From Epiperipatus broadwayi (lineage: Eukaryota > Animalia > Onychophora): 64,000 nucleotides of DNA. This document shows positions 15,861 to 28,696 of the stretch, piece after piece (positions within the stretch are counted from its first letter, which is position 1; each line of letters opens with the position of its first letter). Below the pieces are notes generated by a model. That model was not told the DNA's origin, searched no databases, and worked only from the letters and a program-made list of their open reading frames with translations. The stretch is taken from assembly GCA_028023455.1 (NCBI GenBank), contig JAQFVV010000009.1:15438001-15502000 (forward strand), given 5' to 3'. The translations under genes and the position numbers were made by a program.

Positions 15861-16739
15861 GTAGGCCTCTGAAGTAGGGAAGAAATGATAGATATCTATC
15901 AGTAAGATAAAAATATAAATTTAAAATAATTAAGAAATAATTTTATCTATAGGAAAAGTTCTTTGGACTGAATTATAAAGCAACATTGGATTAACTTGTT
16001 GTTTGATAATCTTCCATACATCCTGTTTATCAAATTAATAATACACAGAACAATGAAGTGAATTAATAAATAGGAATACAAATAAAATGTAGTGAGTTTC
16101 ACTTCTATCTTGTTAAAAACTCTGTAGACAAAAATTCAATTACTGTAATTATTAGAACTGTAAAGTTGGTTAAGGAAAGGATCGGAGCTTGAGAGATCAA
16201 TTTTTAAGATTCAATATCTGATCTAGAAACTCATAAAGGCTTCTCTATTATTTATATAAATCTCATGATTTTGTAATGCTTGTATTTATATATATTATGG
16301 AACTTCACTATTACTTAATATTTTATTTGTATTAATATTTATTCAAATATTATAAACAAAATTATTTATTTTAAATCAATTTTTGTAGTCAAAGTTATTT
16401 TATTTTAATGTTTTGATGAGTAATTATAAATTGAATTGTATATGAACAGGATGAATAACCCAGTTATATTATGGCAACAAATCCCTTCAGTTAACTAGAT
16501 AAAAATAAACAGAGCTAACTTCCAGGAAATTTATGATTTTTCTGTCACTTTTAACTGTTACTCTTAATGCCTAGGATAAACTGCAAAGTTTTGCAAAATT
16601 CTGGTTAAGATATTTATTCTTTATATTTAGTTTAACTAGAACTAAACTATATAATTTATCTAATACAATTGTATTTAAACTTCTTTTGCATGAGTGAAAA
16701 AGCACTTATCACATCTCAAAAATAGATAAACTATCATTT

Positions 16740-18700
16740 CTGGCCCTAATGTCAGTCCCTTTTCATCTCCTGATTGCATTCTCAACTCCTGTTTACTTAC
16801 GCACAACAACTTATATGCCTGTATAATCTATACTTACTCGATCTTGAATTTATTATTTTGCTGACAGTAGAGTATTCATTATTATAAAAGATTTTAGCTC
16901 AACATTTGCTAATTTTTGTAATTATTTATTATGTTTCAGTGTTAATACCAAAACAAAACAACCACTCAGATAATACCAAATAACATCATCACTAATTGTT
17001 TACATTACCTTTTGCAAACTGATTCTCAGCTAAACTTAATCATATTCATCAGAAAATAGTATGATTAATCTTTGTGTGATTAATCTGCATCCATCTTATA
17101 ACTCTAATAAGTTCAGAATAAAGGAAAGAAAAATTAATTGAACTACAGTTGGCCAGAATTCTATCAAGAATTCTTGTAATCAAATCGTAAGTATGAAGTA
17201 AATCATACCTTTTCATTCAAGTCTGGACATCTCTCTCACATATAATAAAAACCAATCAGATTAGAAAGAGCCTTTAGGTTATTTCCCTTTTCACATGAAA
17301 TAATTAATGAAGAACAATTTTAACATAATAGATTCAGTAACTATAAATACATATTAATTTACTTTTTAAATCATCAATACAATCAAAAACTCTATCAAAA
17401 CAATTAGAAAGTTGTGTTGCAAATGGAATATGTATAGTGCTAATATATAATTAATCCATTTATAAAAAAATAAAAAGAAAAGCAATTTTGTCTATGGAAT
17501 GAAATACCCAATCATGAACTTTGTAAACAAGCAATAAAATTAATTAATTAAATCGCCAGTAAATTTTACTTCCAAGATCTTCACCTTTTTTGCATGGAAT
17601 GTTAATATTATATATAAATGATTGCTTGTTATAGTTGAATCCTACATGTAATCTATTACAAAGTTTAAGCTAACTCAACTATATAGCATTACAATTAATA
17701 TAACAACTTGTTTATCAAGAATAATGTTCAACAATAAATTAATTCCATTACTCCCTCCTGTGTTAATATCATACTCTCATCTATTCCATATATATATATA
17801 TACTTATTTTTATAACTAATATAAATAAGTAACTAATCTTTTTTCAAAATAATATTGTGATAACATCTTTTAAAATAATCTATATTCCATGCCAATAGAA
17901 GATATTCATGCTAAAATATTATATTGAATGAAATAAACTGGATCCTTATTAACAAATTTTTTTCTCTTTGTTTTTCATGAGGTGATTAATTTCATTAAAA
18001 ACAACTCATATCTGATGTGAACGCCATACAATTACAATGATTTACACAACTAGTTATTTTCTCTGCACATCATTTAAAATTTATACGCTTCCACTAAAAA
18101 CTTCATATGAACACAACAAATCATTAGAGGGCTAGTACACGGATTGTCAATGTCATATGCCCTTTTCACAATCTACAAAAATCCTTCACTTTTCAAATTG
18201 CAACTATATTTCATATATCTTCAGTAGAAGTTTATTTGTTCTCACATATGCACTATAGATATTTCTTAATATTTCTCTCATTAAGCAATTGATTAGTTTT
18301 ATCAACTTCTTGATTCATCTATATCTCTTTCAACTTGTGAACCATTTTTATTATTTTTCCCCAACATATCAAGAAAATTCTTAAAAAATAGCTGTTTAAT
18401 TCTTTTACAAAATAGATCACCAATACTACAGAATAGCAAGGTACCTTCAATATAGCATGACTTACACTTTAAATTGAATATCTGATAATTATTAAAGATG
18501 AAAATTCTAGTTTAAGATAATATGACCTTCTATACACTTTTATTATAATATTCCAAGCCATACAATAATCCAAACTAAATCTAGACATCTATTCTTCAGA
18601 TTATAAAAAAAACTGATTACATCAAAATCTAAGTGATGCTCCCACATTTTTATACTCAATATCTTATTGTCAAAAACTTCAAAAGACTGCATAGAGATTC
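16740..18700 (-). mobile_element. Highly degenerate LINE RT relic
   Basis: Minus-strand TTTGTAGATTGTGAAAAGGGCATATGAC near 18150-18180 is FVD.EKAYD-like with a frameshift. Boundaries are approximate. Confidence 0.5.
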
Positions 18701-21645
18701 TATTAGTAATATTAATAATACTCAATATATATATATTTGCTTGATGTAGTTCATACAGTCAAAACCTTACTTTTGGACAAATAGGTTTCACTTCCTCAGA
18801 TACTATTCATGGGCTTGCTGTTAATAATACCATTAATCCCATATATGTGTGAATACATCCACTCATTTTCCAAAATAATCAAAATAATGGGAAACATGAT
18901 GGCGGGATTTCTCAGATACTAATATTAAATTCATACCTTTTATAATTGTATTTCAGTAGTTATATTTTTGAATGATCATCACTTCTAATTACTAGTAAAC
19001 ATAATAATAATTGATGACTGCATATTTTATTTTGGCAAGTTTAAATTATACTCTAATCCCCAGTAAATCAATATCTTAAACTTTTATCCTGTCCTTTATC
19101 AAATAAAAAATAAAAATTGGATCGACTGTGTGCTTCCTACATTTTTTTATTGCTAGCAAAATCCTTTATTATTTTTCTAACAAATTTCTATATGGCTTCT
19201 ATATTTCAAAGATCTATAGTTCAAACTCAAACTGACCATAAATATATCAGCTAATGATGTCATGTTTTTCTATACTCATATTATAATAGTTTTTATATTA
19301 TAAAACAAATATATATTTCTGTCAGAAAAATACCTTCACACTTTTTGTCAGTTAATTTATTATGTAAACACTTATAATATTTTTTTAGCAGCTCTATTTC
19401 TGTTGGGCTGATGAAAACGTAGACTCCTTGAAGTCACTAATAAAAAGTGAACGATTATACAATCAAATGGAAGCCATAGTTGATGTATATGTTTATACCT
19501 TTAATGCTTTATCATTTATTTAAAAATAATGCTTTAATTCTAAATATTTATACTATAAAAAACCTTATAAAGTAAAATTTTGATGCTTTATCTAATTTTA
19601 TTACTTCACATGATTAACAATTTAATATGAAATGCAGTTTGTTAATATTAATGATATATATAAGATTTATATCATCAGATTCCTTTGCAACCCATGTAAT
19701 ACCGCCATAATTTATTATTAAAAAAGAATAAACCAATTTAAAATGTACCATTGAATAAGATTATTTTCAAATTTTCTAAACATGCAACAATACAATAAGA
19801 TAAATTTTGTTGTTAAAGCACTTTAAAATGTGAGGCTATTTTAAAGACACTCCCAAATTATCTAAACATGCAGCCATGTAATAAAATTAATCCATATTAA
19901 AATATGTCACTGTTTAAATGCCACTCTTTAATGATCTACACATGCACCAAATATACAGTATTGTTCGATTTTATTATTTGAAAAAACTAAAACATTATAA
20001 AATGGAATTACAAAATCACAAATCAATAACTTCTTATTAATTGACACAGGTATTTACATTTCTAAATGATAGAAAGTTTTTTTATATCTATTAACTTTTT
20101 TTAAATGAAAATCATGCAAAAAAAAATAATAAAGAAAAATAGACCTTTAATGTTGAAAAAGTTTGTAGAAATAATTAAAAAGAAAGTATATTACTCGTTA
20201 ATTATAAGACTTATCTAAAATCATGCAACCAATAATTTCACAACCCTTTTTTTTCTTTTCTTCAATCTTTCTAATAGTTAAATTATATTTTTCTTCGCAG
20301 TTTCTTTGCGTGTCTCTGTAAAAATCTTGAACGCCACCCTTTGATTAATGGCTTGCAATTCATTGCTTGGTTTCTATTAAAATATAATACATTGTCATGA
20401 ATAAAAACAGAAAGGGGGAAAATCAGAAAATTGAAAATAGCAAAGAACAAAATAAAATAAAATTTTCTCTGATATACTAGTAAAAATACGCATAGAAAGA
20501 TATGGTTTAATTTAAATTGAAAAAAAAAAAAAAATACAGATTTTAAAAAGATAAAATTTCCATATGAATGTTATTTTTCTTTTCATATTTTATTGTATTT
20601 TTATTAAAAGGATAAAAAAAAAAAAAAACAGAATGAAAAAAAAAACCAGCATAAAAACGTCTAAAAACTTAAGTAATGATTCTCAGTAATAAATGAGAAA
20701 GTTAGACAATCCTGGTGAATATTTTATAAAGTGTCGACTATCCTACCAAATTATTGTTTAAGGTGGTGCCGTATTATACTGACCGTTGATGAAGAGTCAT
20801 ATTTCTTGCTGTTAACATGACGCTGTCTTACGGTATTGAAACAACCTTAAATTTATATGTTTTCAAACTCAACTATAAACTACATTCAATATATAATTAA
20901 ATAAATTTATCATCATTTATTTTACAAAATCTCTAAAGATAAAAATGAACACATGAATTGTTTATCAAGTCGTAAAACACAACAGCCATTAAGAATTCAC
21001 CCAACAAATATGAAAAATGAACTCAAAAAGTTTTTTTTTTTTTAAAAAAAAAAAAGGATAATCAATTTTGAAATCCATAAAAACAAACATATACATATAA
21101 AATTACATATATATTTTTTGCTTTTATATTTAAAAAAAAAAAAGATTGGTAAATATATTTTATAGACTTTTTTTTAATAATAATAAAAAAATAGAAATAT
21201 ATATACTGGCCATTAAATAGATTTTTAAAGGAATATAAAGAAAATTAGATTAAATAAACGAAAAAAAAATTCAGTAAAAAAATGATAGCTTAAAATAAGA
21301 TAGCTTATTCCGGAAACAGCATAAGCAGAATAAATCATATGGTTAGGACATTTCAAAAAAGATAATCGTAGAAAGGTTGCTATTAAAAGAATTATTGTGA
21401 ATAGTATCTGAGAAGAAAAAAAAGTTGCTCTAGACAAAGTTATAGAATAATAAAAATAAAGCTATGAAGAGATTAAATATACGCTTTGAAGATGGATCAA
21501 ACATCTAAATTTCAGATGTGAAAATAATGAACAAGGGCGGAAAACAAAAACTTCTCTCTAATCTTCATTAATTGTTTAATAATTTTGGCTATACAGTATT
21601 TACAATATATCCAAGTTATACAAAAATATAATTAAAATTTTTGTC

Positions 21646-22003
21646 ATAAATCATTGTCAGCTATTACATCCATTAGTCGTAAATGAATCATTCCTTAAGA
21701 TCTTTTTTTTTCTTCTTTTTTAAAACATACTCGTAATTCCTTTATCTCCAAGAATATACTTAATACAATTTCTTGCTTTCTAAATAAATACATTTTAAAA
21801 CCCAATCTATACAATACTTCTATTTTGTTATAAATCATTGTCAACTATTACATCCACTAGTCGTAAATGAATCCTTCTTTAAAATCTTCTTTTTTTAAAA
21901 AAATATATATTCCTAATTCCTTGATTTCCAAGAATATACTTAATACAATTTCTTAGTTTTTAAATGAATACATTTTAAAGCCTAATCTAAACAATATTTC
22001 TAT
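21646..22003. repeat. Two-copy tandem duplication, 184 bp period
   Basis: ATAAATCATTGTCARCTATTACATCCAYTAGTCGTAAATGAATC starts at 21646 and 21830; the copies are diverged by several substitutions. Confidence 0.9.
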
Positions 22004-22123
22004 ATTCTCAATCTCATTTAATATTAGGGTATGAGCACAGACTTTCACATGACCCACCACTCGCCACTCCATCTAATAACACTGTTACACTTAAACACAT
22101 ATATGCTGAAAAGATAAATAATC

Positions 22124-22167
22124 ACCAATATACGTATTTCATGCTAAACCAGCAATCATCAGTTGGT
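22124..22167 (-). ncRNA. Type I hammerhead ribozyme motif, family A copy 1
   Basis: ACCAA-CTGATGA-T-TGCT-GGTTT-AGCA-T-GAA-AT-ACGT-AT-A-TTGGT on the minus strand; predicted cleavage 22129/22128. Confidence 0.88.
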
Positions 22168-22594
22168 CCAGATTATCATCTCTACACATATATACTATAA
22201 GTGCTCAGATATATATTAAGATAGACAATCCTCATACTTTAATGGACAGGCTTCAATCTACTCCACACTCCAACTCTTCAACCGTCCATCCAATTGAAAA
22301 TCTGATGATGGAATGCTCAAAGGCCACCCTGAGGCCGAGATTCTTGTCACACCCATGTTGACCTAAGGTCAATCTGAACCCCACATGTACAGGACATAAT
22401 CCATTAAATACATATGCAAGGATGGGCAGACATCTCTATAATGTAATAACTGAAACACAGGCTTATTTATACCTGTGTCTATATATATGTAATATTAGGG
22501 TATGAGCACAGACTTTCACATGACCCACCACTCTCCACTCCATCTAATAACACTGATACACTTAAACACATATATGTTGAAAAGATAAATAATC

Positions 22595-22638
22595 ACCAAT
22601 ATACGTATTTCATGCTAAACCAGCAATCATCAGTTGGT
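22595..22638 (-). ncRNA. Type I hammerhead ribozyme motif, family A copy 2
   Basis: Identical 44-nt core; predicted cleavage 22600/22599. Confidence 0.88.
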
Positions 22639-23065
22639 CCAGATTATCATCTCTACACATATATACTATAAGTGCTCAGATATATATTAAGATAGACAAT
22701 CCTCATACTTTAATGGACAGGCTTCAATCTACTCCACACTCCAACTCTTCAACCGTCCATCCAATTGAAAATCTGATGATGGAATGCTCAAAGGCCACCC
22801 TGAGGCCGAGATTCTTGTCACACCCATGTTGACCTAAGGTCAATCTGAACCCCACATGTACAGGACATAATCCATTAAATACATATGCAAGGATGGGCAG
22901 ACATCTCTATAATGTAATAACTGAAACACAGGCTTATTTATACCTGTGTCTATATATATGTAATATTAGGGTATGAGCACAGACTTTCACATGACCCACC
23001 ACTCTCCACTCCATCTAATAACACTGATACACTTAAACACATATATGTTGAAAAGATAAATAATC

Positions 23066-23109
23066 ACCAATATACGTATTTCATGCTAAACCAGCAATCA
23101 TCAGTTGGT
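23066..23109 (-). ncRNA. Type I hammerhead ribozyme motif, family A copy 3
   Basis: Identical 44-nt core; predicted cleavage 23071/23070. Confidence 0.88.
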
Positions 23110-23694
23110 CCAGATTATCATCTCTACACATATATACTATAAGTGCTCAGATATATATTAAGATAGACAATCCTCATACTTTAATGGACAGGCTTCAATC
23201 TACTCCACACTCCAACTCTTCAACCGTCCATCCAATTGAAAATCTGATGATGGAATGCTCAAAGGCCACCCTGAGGCCGAGATTCTTGTCACACCCATGT
23301 TGACCTAAGGTCAATCTGAACCCCACATGTACAGGACATAATCCATTAAATACATATGCAAGGATGGGCAGACATCTCTATAATGTAATAACTGAAACAC
23401 AGGCTTATTTATACCTGTGTCTATATATATGTCTGCCCATCCTTGCATATGTATTTAATGGATTATGTCCTGTACATGTGGGGTTCAGATTGACCTTAGG
23501 TCAACATGGGTGTGACAAGAATCTCGGCCTCAGGGTGGCCTTTGAGCATTCCATCATCAGATTTTCAATTGGATGGACGGTTGAAGAGTTGGAGTGTGGA
23601 GTAGTTTGAAGCCTGTCCATTAAAGTATGAGAATTGTCTATCTTAATATATAGCTGAGCACTTAAAGTATATATGTGTAGAGATGATAATCTGG

Positions 23695-23738
23695 ACCAAC
23701 TGATGATTGCTGGTTTAGCATGAAATACGTATATTGGT
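23695..23738 (+). ncRNA. Type I hammerhead ribozyme motif, family A copy 4
   Basis: Stem I ACCAA/TTGGT, core CTGATGA, stem II TGCT/AGCA, GAA, stem III AT-ACGT-AT, cleavage triplet ATA (23733/23734). Stem I extends over 23681-23750 with a TGG bulge. Confidence 0.9.
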
Positions 23739-24167
23739 GATTATTTATCTTTTCAACATATATGTGTTTAAGTGTATCAGTGTTATTAGATGGAGTGGAG
23801 AGTGGTGGGTCATGTGAAAGTCTGTGCTCATACCCTAATATTACATATATATATAGACACAGGTATAAATAAGCCTGTGTTTCAGTTATTACATTATAGA
23901 GATGTCTGCCCATCCTTGCATATGTATTTAATGGATTATGTCCTGTACATGTGGGGTTCAGATTGACCTTAGGTCAACATGGGTGTGACAAGAATCTCGG
24001 CCTCAGGGTGGCCTTTGAGCATTCCATCATCAGATTTTCAATTGGATGGACGGTTGAAGAGTTGGAGTGTGGAGTAGATTGAAGCCTGTCCATTAAAGTA
24101 TGAGGATTGTCTATCTTAATATATATCTGAGCACTTATAGTATATATGTGTAGAGATGATAATCTGG

Positions 24168-24211
24168 ACCAACTGATGATTGCTGGTTTAGCATGAAATA
24201 CGTATATTGGT
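24168..24211 (+). ncRNA. Type I hammerhead ribozyme motif, family A copy 5
   Basis: Identical 44-nt core; predicted cleavage 24206/24207. Confidence 0.88.
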
Positions 24212-24631
24212 GATTATTTATCTTTTCAACATATATGTGTTTAAGTGTATCAGTGTTATTAGATGGAGTGGAGAGTGGTGGGTCATGTGAAAGTCTGTGC
24301 TCATACCCTAATATTACATATATATAGACACAGGTATAAATAAGCCTGTGTTTCAGTTATTACATTATAGAGATGTCTGCCCATCCTTGCATATGTATTT
24401 AATGGATTATGTCCTGTACATGTGGGGTTCAGATTGACCTTAGGTCAACATGGGTGTGACAAGAATCTCGGCCTCAGGGTGGCCTTTGAGCATTCCATCA
24501 TCAGATTTTCAATTGGATGGACGGTTGAAGAGTTGGAGTAGTTTGAAGCCTGTCCATTAAAGTATGAGAATTGTCTATCTTAATATATATCTGAGCACTT
24601 ATAGTATATATGTGTGGAGATGATAATCTGG

Positions 24632-24675
24632 ACCAACTGATGATTGCTGGTTTAGCATGAAATACGTATATTGGT
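24632..24675 (+). ncRNA. Type I hammerhead ribozyme motif, family A copy 6
   Basis: Identical 44-nt core; predicted cleavage 24670/24671. Confidence 0.88.
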
Positions 24676-25479
24676 GATTATTTATCTTTTCAGCATATAT
24701 GTGTTTAAGTGTATCAGTGTTATTAGATGGAGTGGAGAGTGGTGGGTCATGTGAAAGTCTGTGCTCATATCCTGATATTACATATATATAGACACAGGTA
24801 TAAATAAGCCTGTGTTTCAGTTAATCTCATTTAGTTAATGAATGGGGGGGGTTTGAATTTGCATTTCAAATGCTTCCAAACCTTGTTCTTAATTTTCTAC
24901 TTCAACACTATATTTTAAAACAAACATTTACTAAATCTTTTCCTAATTCTGTCTTCAGTGATTGTCAAAATAATCTTGTATACTTGCTATAATTCAAATT
25001 AGTTATTACAATTCTCATTTTCTTCATCACTTTTTAAAAGATTAATTTAATTTTAAGATTTTATGCCTAATTTTTATTTTCTACTAAATTTTCATTCTAA
25101 AATTAAATTCATTAATTGACAGGATTTTCTGATTGATGGTTATAATAATAACCACTAATAACCAATAAAACTACATATGCATATAACACACTTATTTATT
25201 TAATCAGTTGTTTATTAGAAAATATCTTTGCATGAGAGAACTTATTATACATGATTACAATGTTTTTTCTGATTTGAGATAGTATTTTAGATATTTAGAA
25301 AGTAGTTTAAACAACAATGTAGAAAATGTAAATCATTATAAAATCTGAAAGTATAAATAATACGAATTTTTAAAAATTTTAAATGTCCTTAATCTAAGAC
25401 AATGTGGTAACTTTGATATTGCTTAGTATATATAAAGACTAGATATATTTACAAGTAATATAGCATTTCAACGGATGTT

Positions 25480-27250
25480 GCTCTGAAAAATTGCCATCTA
25501 TTGCAAAATTTGAAAAAAACATTTTTTTAAAAACCCAGACAACATGTTGGACAAATCATGTTGCAGTTGAGCCCACATTTCCAACAAAATGAATAAAATA
25601 GTCATTACTAGTATAATAGAAAGAAAAAAAAAAATTACCACTTAAAAAACTAAGAATGCCTCATAATATCCATGAGATTCTCAAGACGACAAGTACTGCA
25701 TAATACATTTTAATAAAATTTTATTTCTTCTATTTCAATTCTGCTAATAAGTGTAAACTTGAGAAATTAATAAATGCAAGATGACAGTAATTAATAAATA
25801 CCAATTCATTGCTGTGCTGTCCATATCCCAGATTAGTTTCTAGGTTATGGCATTTGTCAATAAGAAATTTTGGATCTGAATCTATTGAACCTGGATTTCA
25901 ATGCAATTTTCCACCTGCAACCAGCCTGAAACTCAAAAATATTTTAATGTTAAGAATCTAACCCATCTAGCCTGTGTAAGATACCAGTTTAGCATTTATA
26001 TATTTTTGGTATCCTCAGTTTTTTTAATAAATGTACTTCCCTATATTTCTTGATCAGAATTGTTACAAAACCAATAATAAATCACATGACTCAGGTCATT
26101 CAATACTTCTAAGAAGAAATCTATTTCTCCTATTCTAATTCTGCTACCTGCTATAAGCTTAATTTTGCATTTCTGCAAATTAGCTGTAAAGATAAAATTA
26201 TAATATTTTGCTCTGTATTAGCATGTTCTTTTCAAAAATGACAATGCTTTTTCATCATATCTATTTTAAATTAGTTTCAATATGTTCAAAATATACAAAT
26301 ACTCATTTATCCAGTATTATTTATTAATCTATAACTTGATCCCAAATCCTATCCCCACACATTTTAACTTGCTTCTGAATTGTTGTAAAATTATCTATAT
26401 TGTACATGCAATTATGAAAAGTACACAGAAAAGAAACAAATTGTGATTTTGAAGTAGATATTATGTTAGTCACTGTTCTAAAATTGCTTCACCACTATAA
26501 ATCTAGTCAGGAGGCACAAATTCATTAGTTATGAATGCAAATTATTTTATCTAACAAAATCAATCCCATAAAAAGAATGCCACGATTATAACTTCCTCAT
26601 TCTTGTTCCTCCCTAGAGAAATATTATATCTTTTATAAAAAAAAAAAATATGCTAGTAAAATTTATAATTGATTTGTTGTTATTGTAAACATTATCTTAA
26701 AGAACTCATTCTTTATCAATAATAAACTATTCATCTCAATACATATCATTCTTCCAAATTCTATTCCCAAGCCATCATGTAAATGGAACTTTTTTCTCCA
26801 TATAATATCTTTCAAAAATACTATTACATAAATATTTGCTTTTCTAAGTAAAATAAATCTTACTTTTTCTTTCTTCTCCCTATTTCTTATCAATTTCTAT
26901 TCTTTGACATAATACTTCTATATTCTTCTAAGGTTTACCATCACTGTATCAAGAGATATGCTGATCCATATTTTTAGATCATATAGAAAAGTTGAAACAA
27001 ATATAGTTCAATAAAATCTGCTGAGTATTGAATCTGGTATATGAGAAGGCTCCCATAAAAAAGAATTTGAATTTCCTATACACTGTATCCAATATTCAGA
27101 AATTGAATGATCAATTCATTCCATTAGTATATCCTCCATGCACTTTGCACAAGACAATTGTAAAATTACCTAATTCTTTTGGAACCCTCCATGCAAACAT
27201 GTACTTACAAGTAAATATGGTGGGGTGAATTTAAAATTGTTAATATCGAA
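25480..27250 (-). mobile_element. Highly degenerate LINE relic (endonuclease to RT)
   Basis: Minus-strand GAGTTTCAGGCTGGTTGCAGG (EFQAGCR, resembling E.Q.GFR) near 25915-25935, plus a weak GDFN-like remnant near 27045. Boundaries are approximate. Confidence 0.4.
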
Positions 27251-28200
27251 CATCATCTTGAAAATACTCACAAATCAGTTCTATATTTTATAAATTAAGA
27301 ATTCTTCAACTTATCTATAACAGTCCTCTAGCCCATTAAATTAAAAAATAAAAAGATAATTTCATAATTATTTTAATATTTGTATATTATTGAAAATAAC
27401 AAACATTCGCTTTCAACTATTATCGATATATTTATTTGTATCAGCAAATGAAATAAATTATTTGGTTTAAAATAATTAATGATATAGAATTTATTCAACA
27501 ATACTGCCAATGATAATAAGAAATTAACGGTTATTAAGACTGACAAATTGTCTTGATATTTTATCAGCATAGACAGTAAGTAATGTTTACGAAATGACAA
27601 TTTAAAATGAAGATAATTGTTTATTAACATTTGAATTAGCACTTAACAGATCGTTTAATTACTTATTTCAAAATATTTTAATAAGAAGAACCTAGAAATA
27701 ATTAACTTAATTTATTAATAATAAACTAATTTATTAATTATTGAATTTATTAATAGTTAATCATGTTAGTAATTAGAAGAAAAAAAAGGAATTATCACTT
27801 TACAAACATGCATAAGTTTAACGTTTAAATATATAAAATATTTTTGTTCGAATGCAAATTTTATTGGGCAGTAGCAAAATATCTTGAATAAAACAGTCGA
27901 TAAATTATACATATCTAACTACATAATCTGGTAAATTATTTTTGAATATCCAATACGTAATTACAGTATGAATTGCTAAATGAATATATAATCTTATTCC
28001 AACCAGCCAACTTTGTTTTTTAAGTTGTTGTTTTTATTGAATTTGGCTTTGACAAAAAAAAAAACTCTTATCATATCTTATATATATGGAATGAAAGTCC
28101 TACATGATTTGATGCAATAGTAGAATGTCAGCCTTTGGAGCTACAGTACAGTTATGCCACTTTTGATACTCAAAATATGATTCTCAAGCAGTAAATCATT

Positions 28201-28315
28201 TAATTATACAGTAACAAAATAAAGATATGGGTTGAGATGATGATGGTTACTGAATGATAATTATACAGTAACAAAATAAAGATATGGGTTGAGATGATGA
28301 TGGTTACTGAATGAT
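28201..28315. repeat. Two-copy tandem duplication, 57 bp period
   Basis: TAATTATACAGTAACAAAATAAAGATATGGGTTGAGATGATGATGGTTACTGAATGA starts at 28201 and 28258. Confidence 0.92.
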
Positions 28316-28674
28316 GGACTGTGTTACCAAAAAAGAAGGATATATATGTAAAATAAATGTGCAGCATAAAATAAATAAAACAATTGGTTTGAGTATCACT
28401 ATTTATCTGAATAGCTATTTTATACTAAATACAGGTTATAAAAGGTTGTTATATAAACCAAGATATCCTAATCACTATATTTTCAGTAACAAGTATTAAA
28501 TATTTCAACATTATTCCGTTGTAATTATCAAAACATTCCTTGACAATCATCTCTATTATGTGTATGGATTTAGAAGTGACTCATAGTATTATCTTTAAGT
28601 CATGATGATGATGATGATAAGGATTATAAATGAATGCCATCTATATATATAATTTTCAGAGAGAACTACATATC

Positions 28675-28696
28675 CACACACACACACACACACACA
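28675..28696. repeat. (CA)n microsatellite
   Basis: Uninterrupted CA run. Confidence 0.95.

Larger units (their letters stand above)
22011..24833. mobile_element. Family A fold-back hexamer: six 471-bp hammerhead-containing monomers (3 inverted, 3 direct) with TSD; retrozyme/Penelope-associated type
   Basis: Monomers start at 22021, 22492 and 22963. Inversion junction at ATGT 23429-23432; opposite-orientation arm 23429-24823. Direct repeat ATCTCATTTA at 22011-22020 and 24824-24833. Confidence 0.9.

Noticed and set aside
18753-18790. TACAGTCAAAACC resembling a Tc1/pogo TIR
   Set aside because: No matching inverted partner or second TA target site was found nearby.
19740-19950. Three TCTA.ACATGCA motifs at 75-85 bp spacing
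   Set aside because: The intervening sequence is too diverged to call a repeat unit or regulatory array.
20759-20848. Long imperfect hairpin (AAGGT...ACCTT; TGCCGTA/TACGGTA) as a miRNA or snoRNA
   Set aside because: Pairing is interrupted by large loops and there are no clear box C/D or H/ACA motifs; not supportable without folding and expression data.
22296-22350. Second CTGATGA in family A on the opposite polarity (possible ambisense ribozyme)
   Set aside because: Followed by GAGA rather than GAAA, with no closing stem I or III found by eye; a covariance-model search for other ribozyme classes is still worthwhile.
23364-23913. ORFs of 81 aa (+) and 83 aa (-) in family A
   Set aside because: One is created by the inversion junction and the other by a 2-nt TA slippage in a single monomer; the other monomers stop after about 27 codons.
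22021-24823. CRISPR array or plain satellite interpretation
   Set aside because: No repeat-spacer alternation; the TSD, inversion and per-unit ribozyme argue for an insertion rather than simple satellite DNA.
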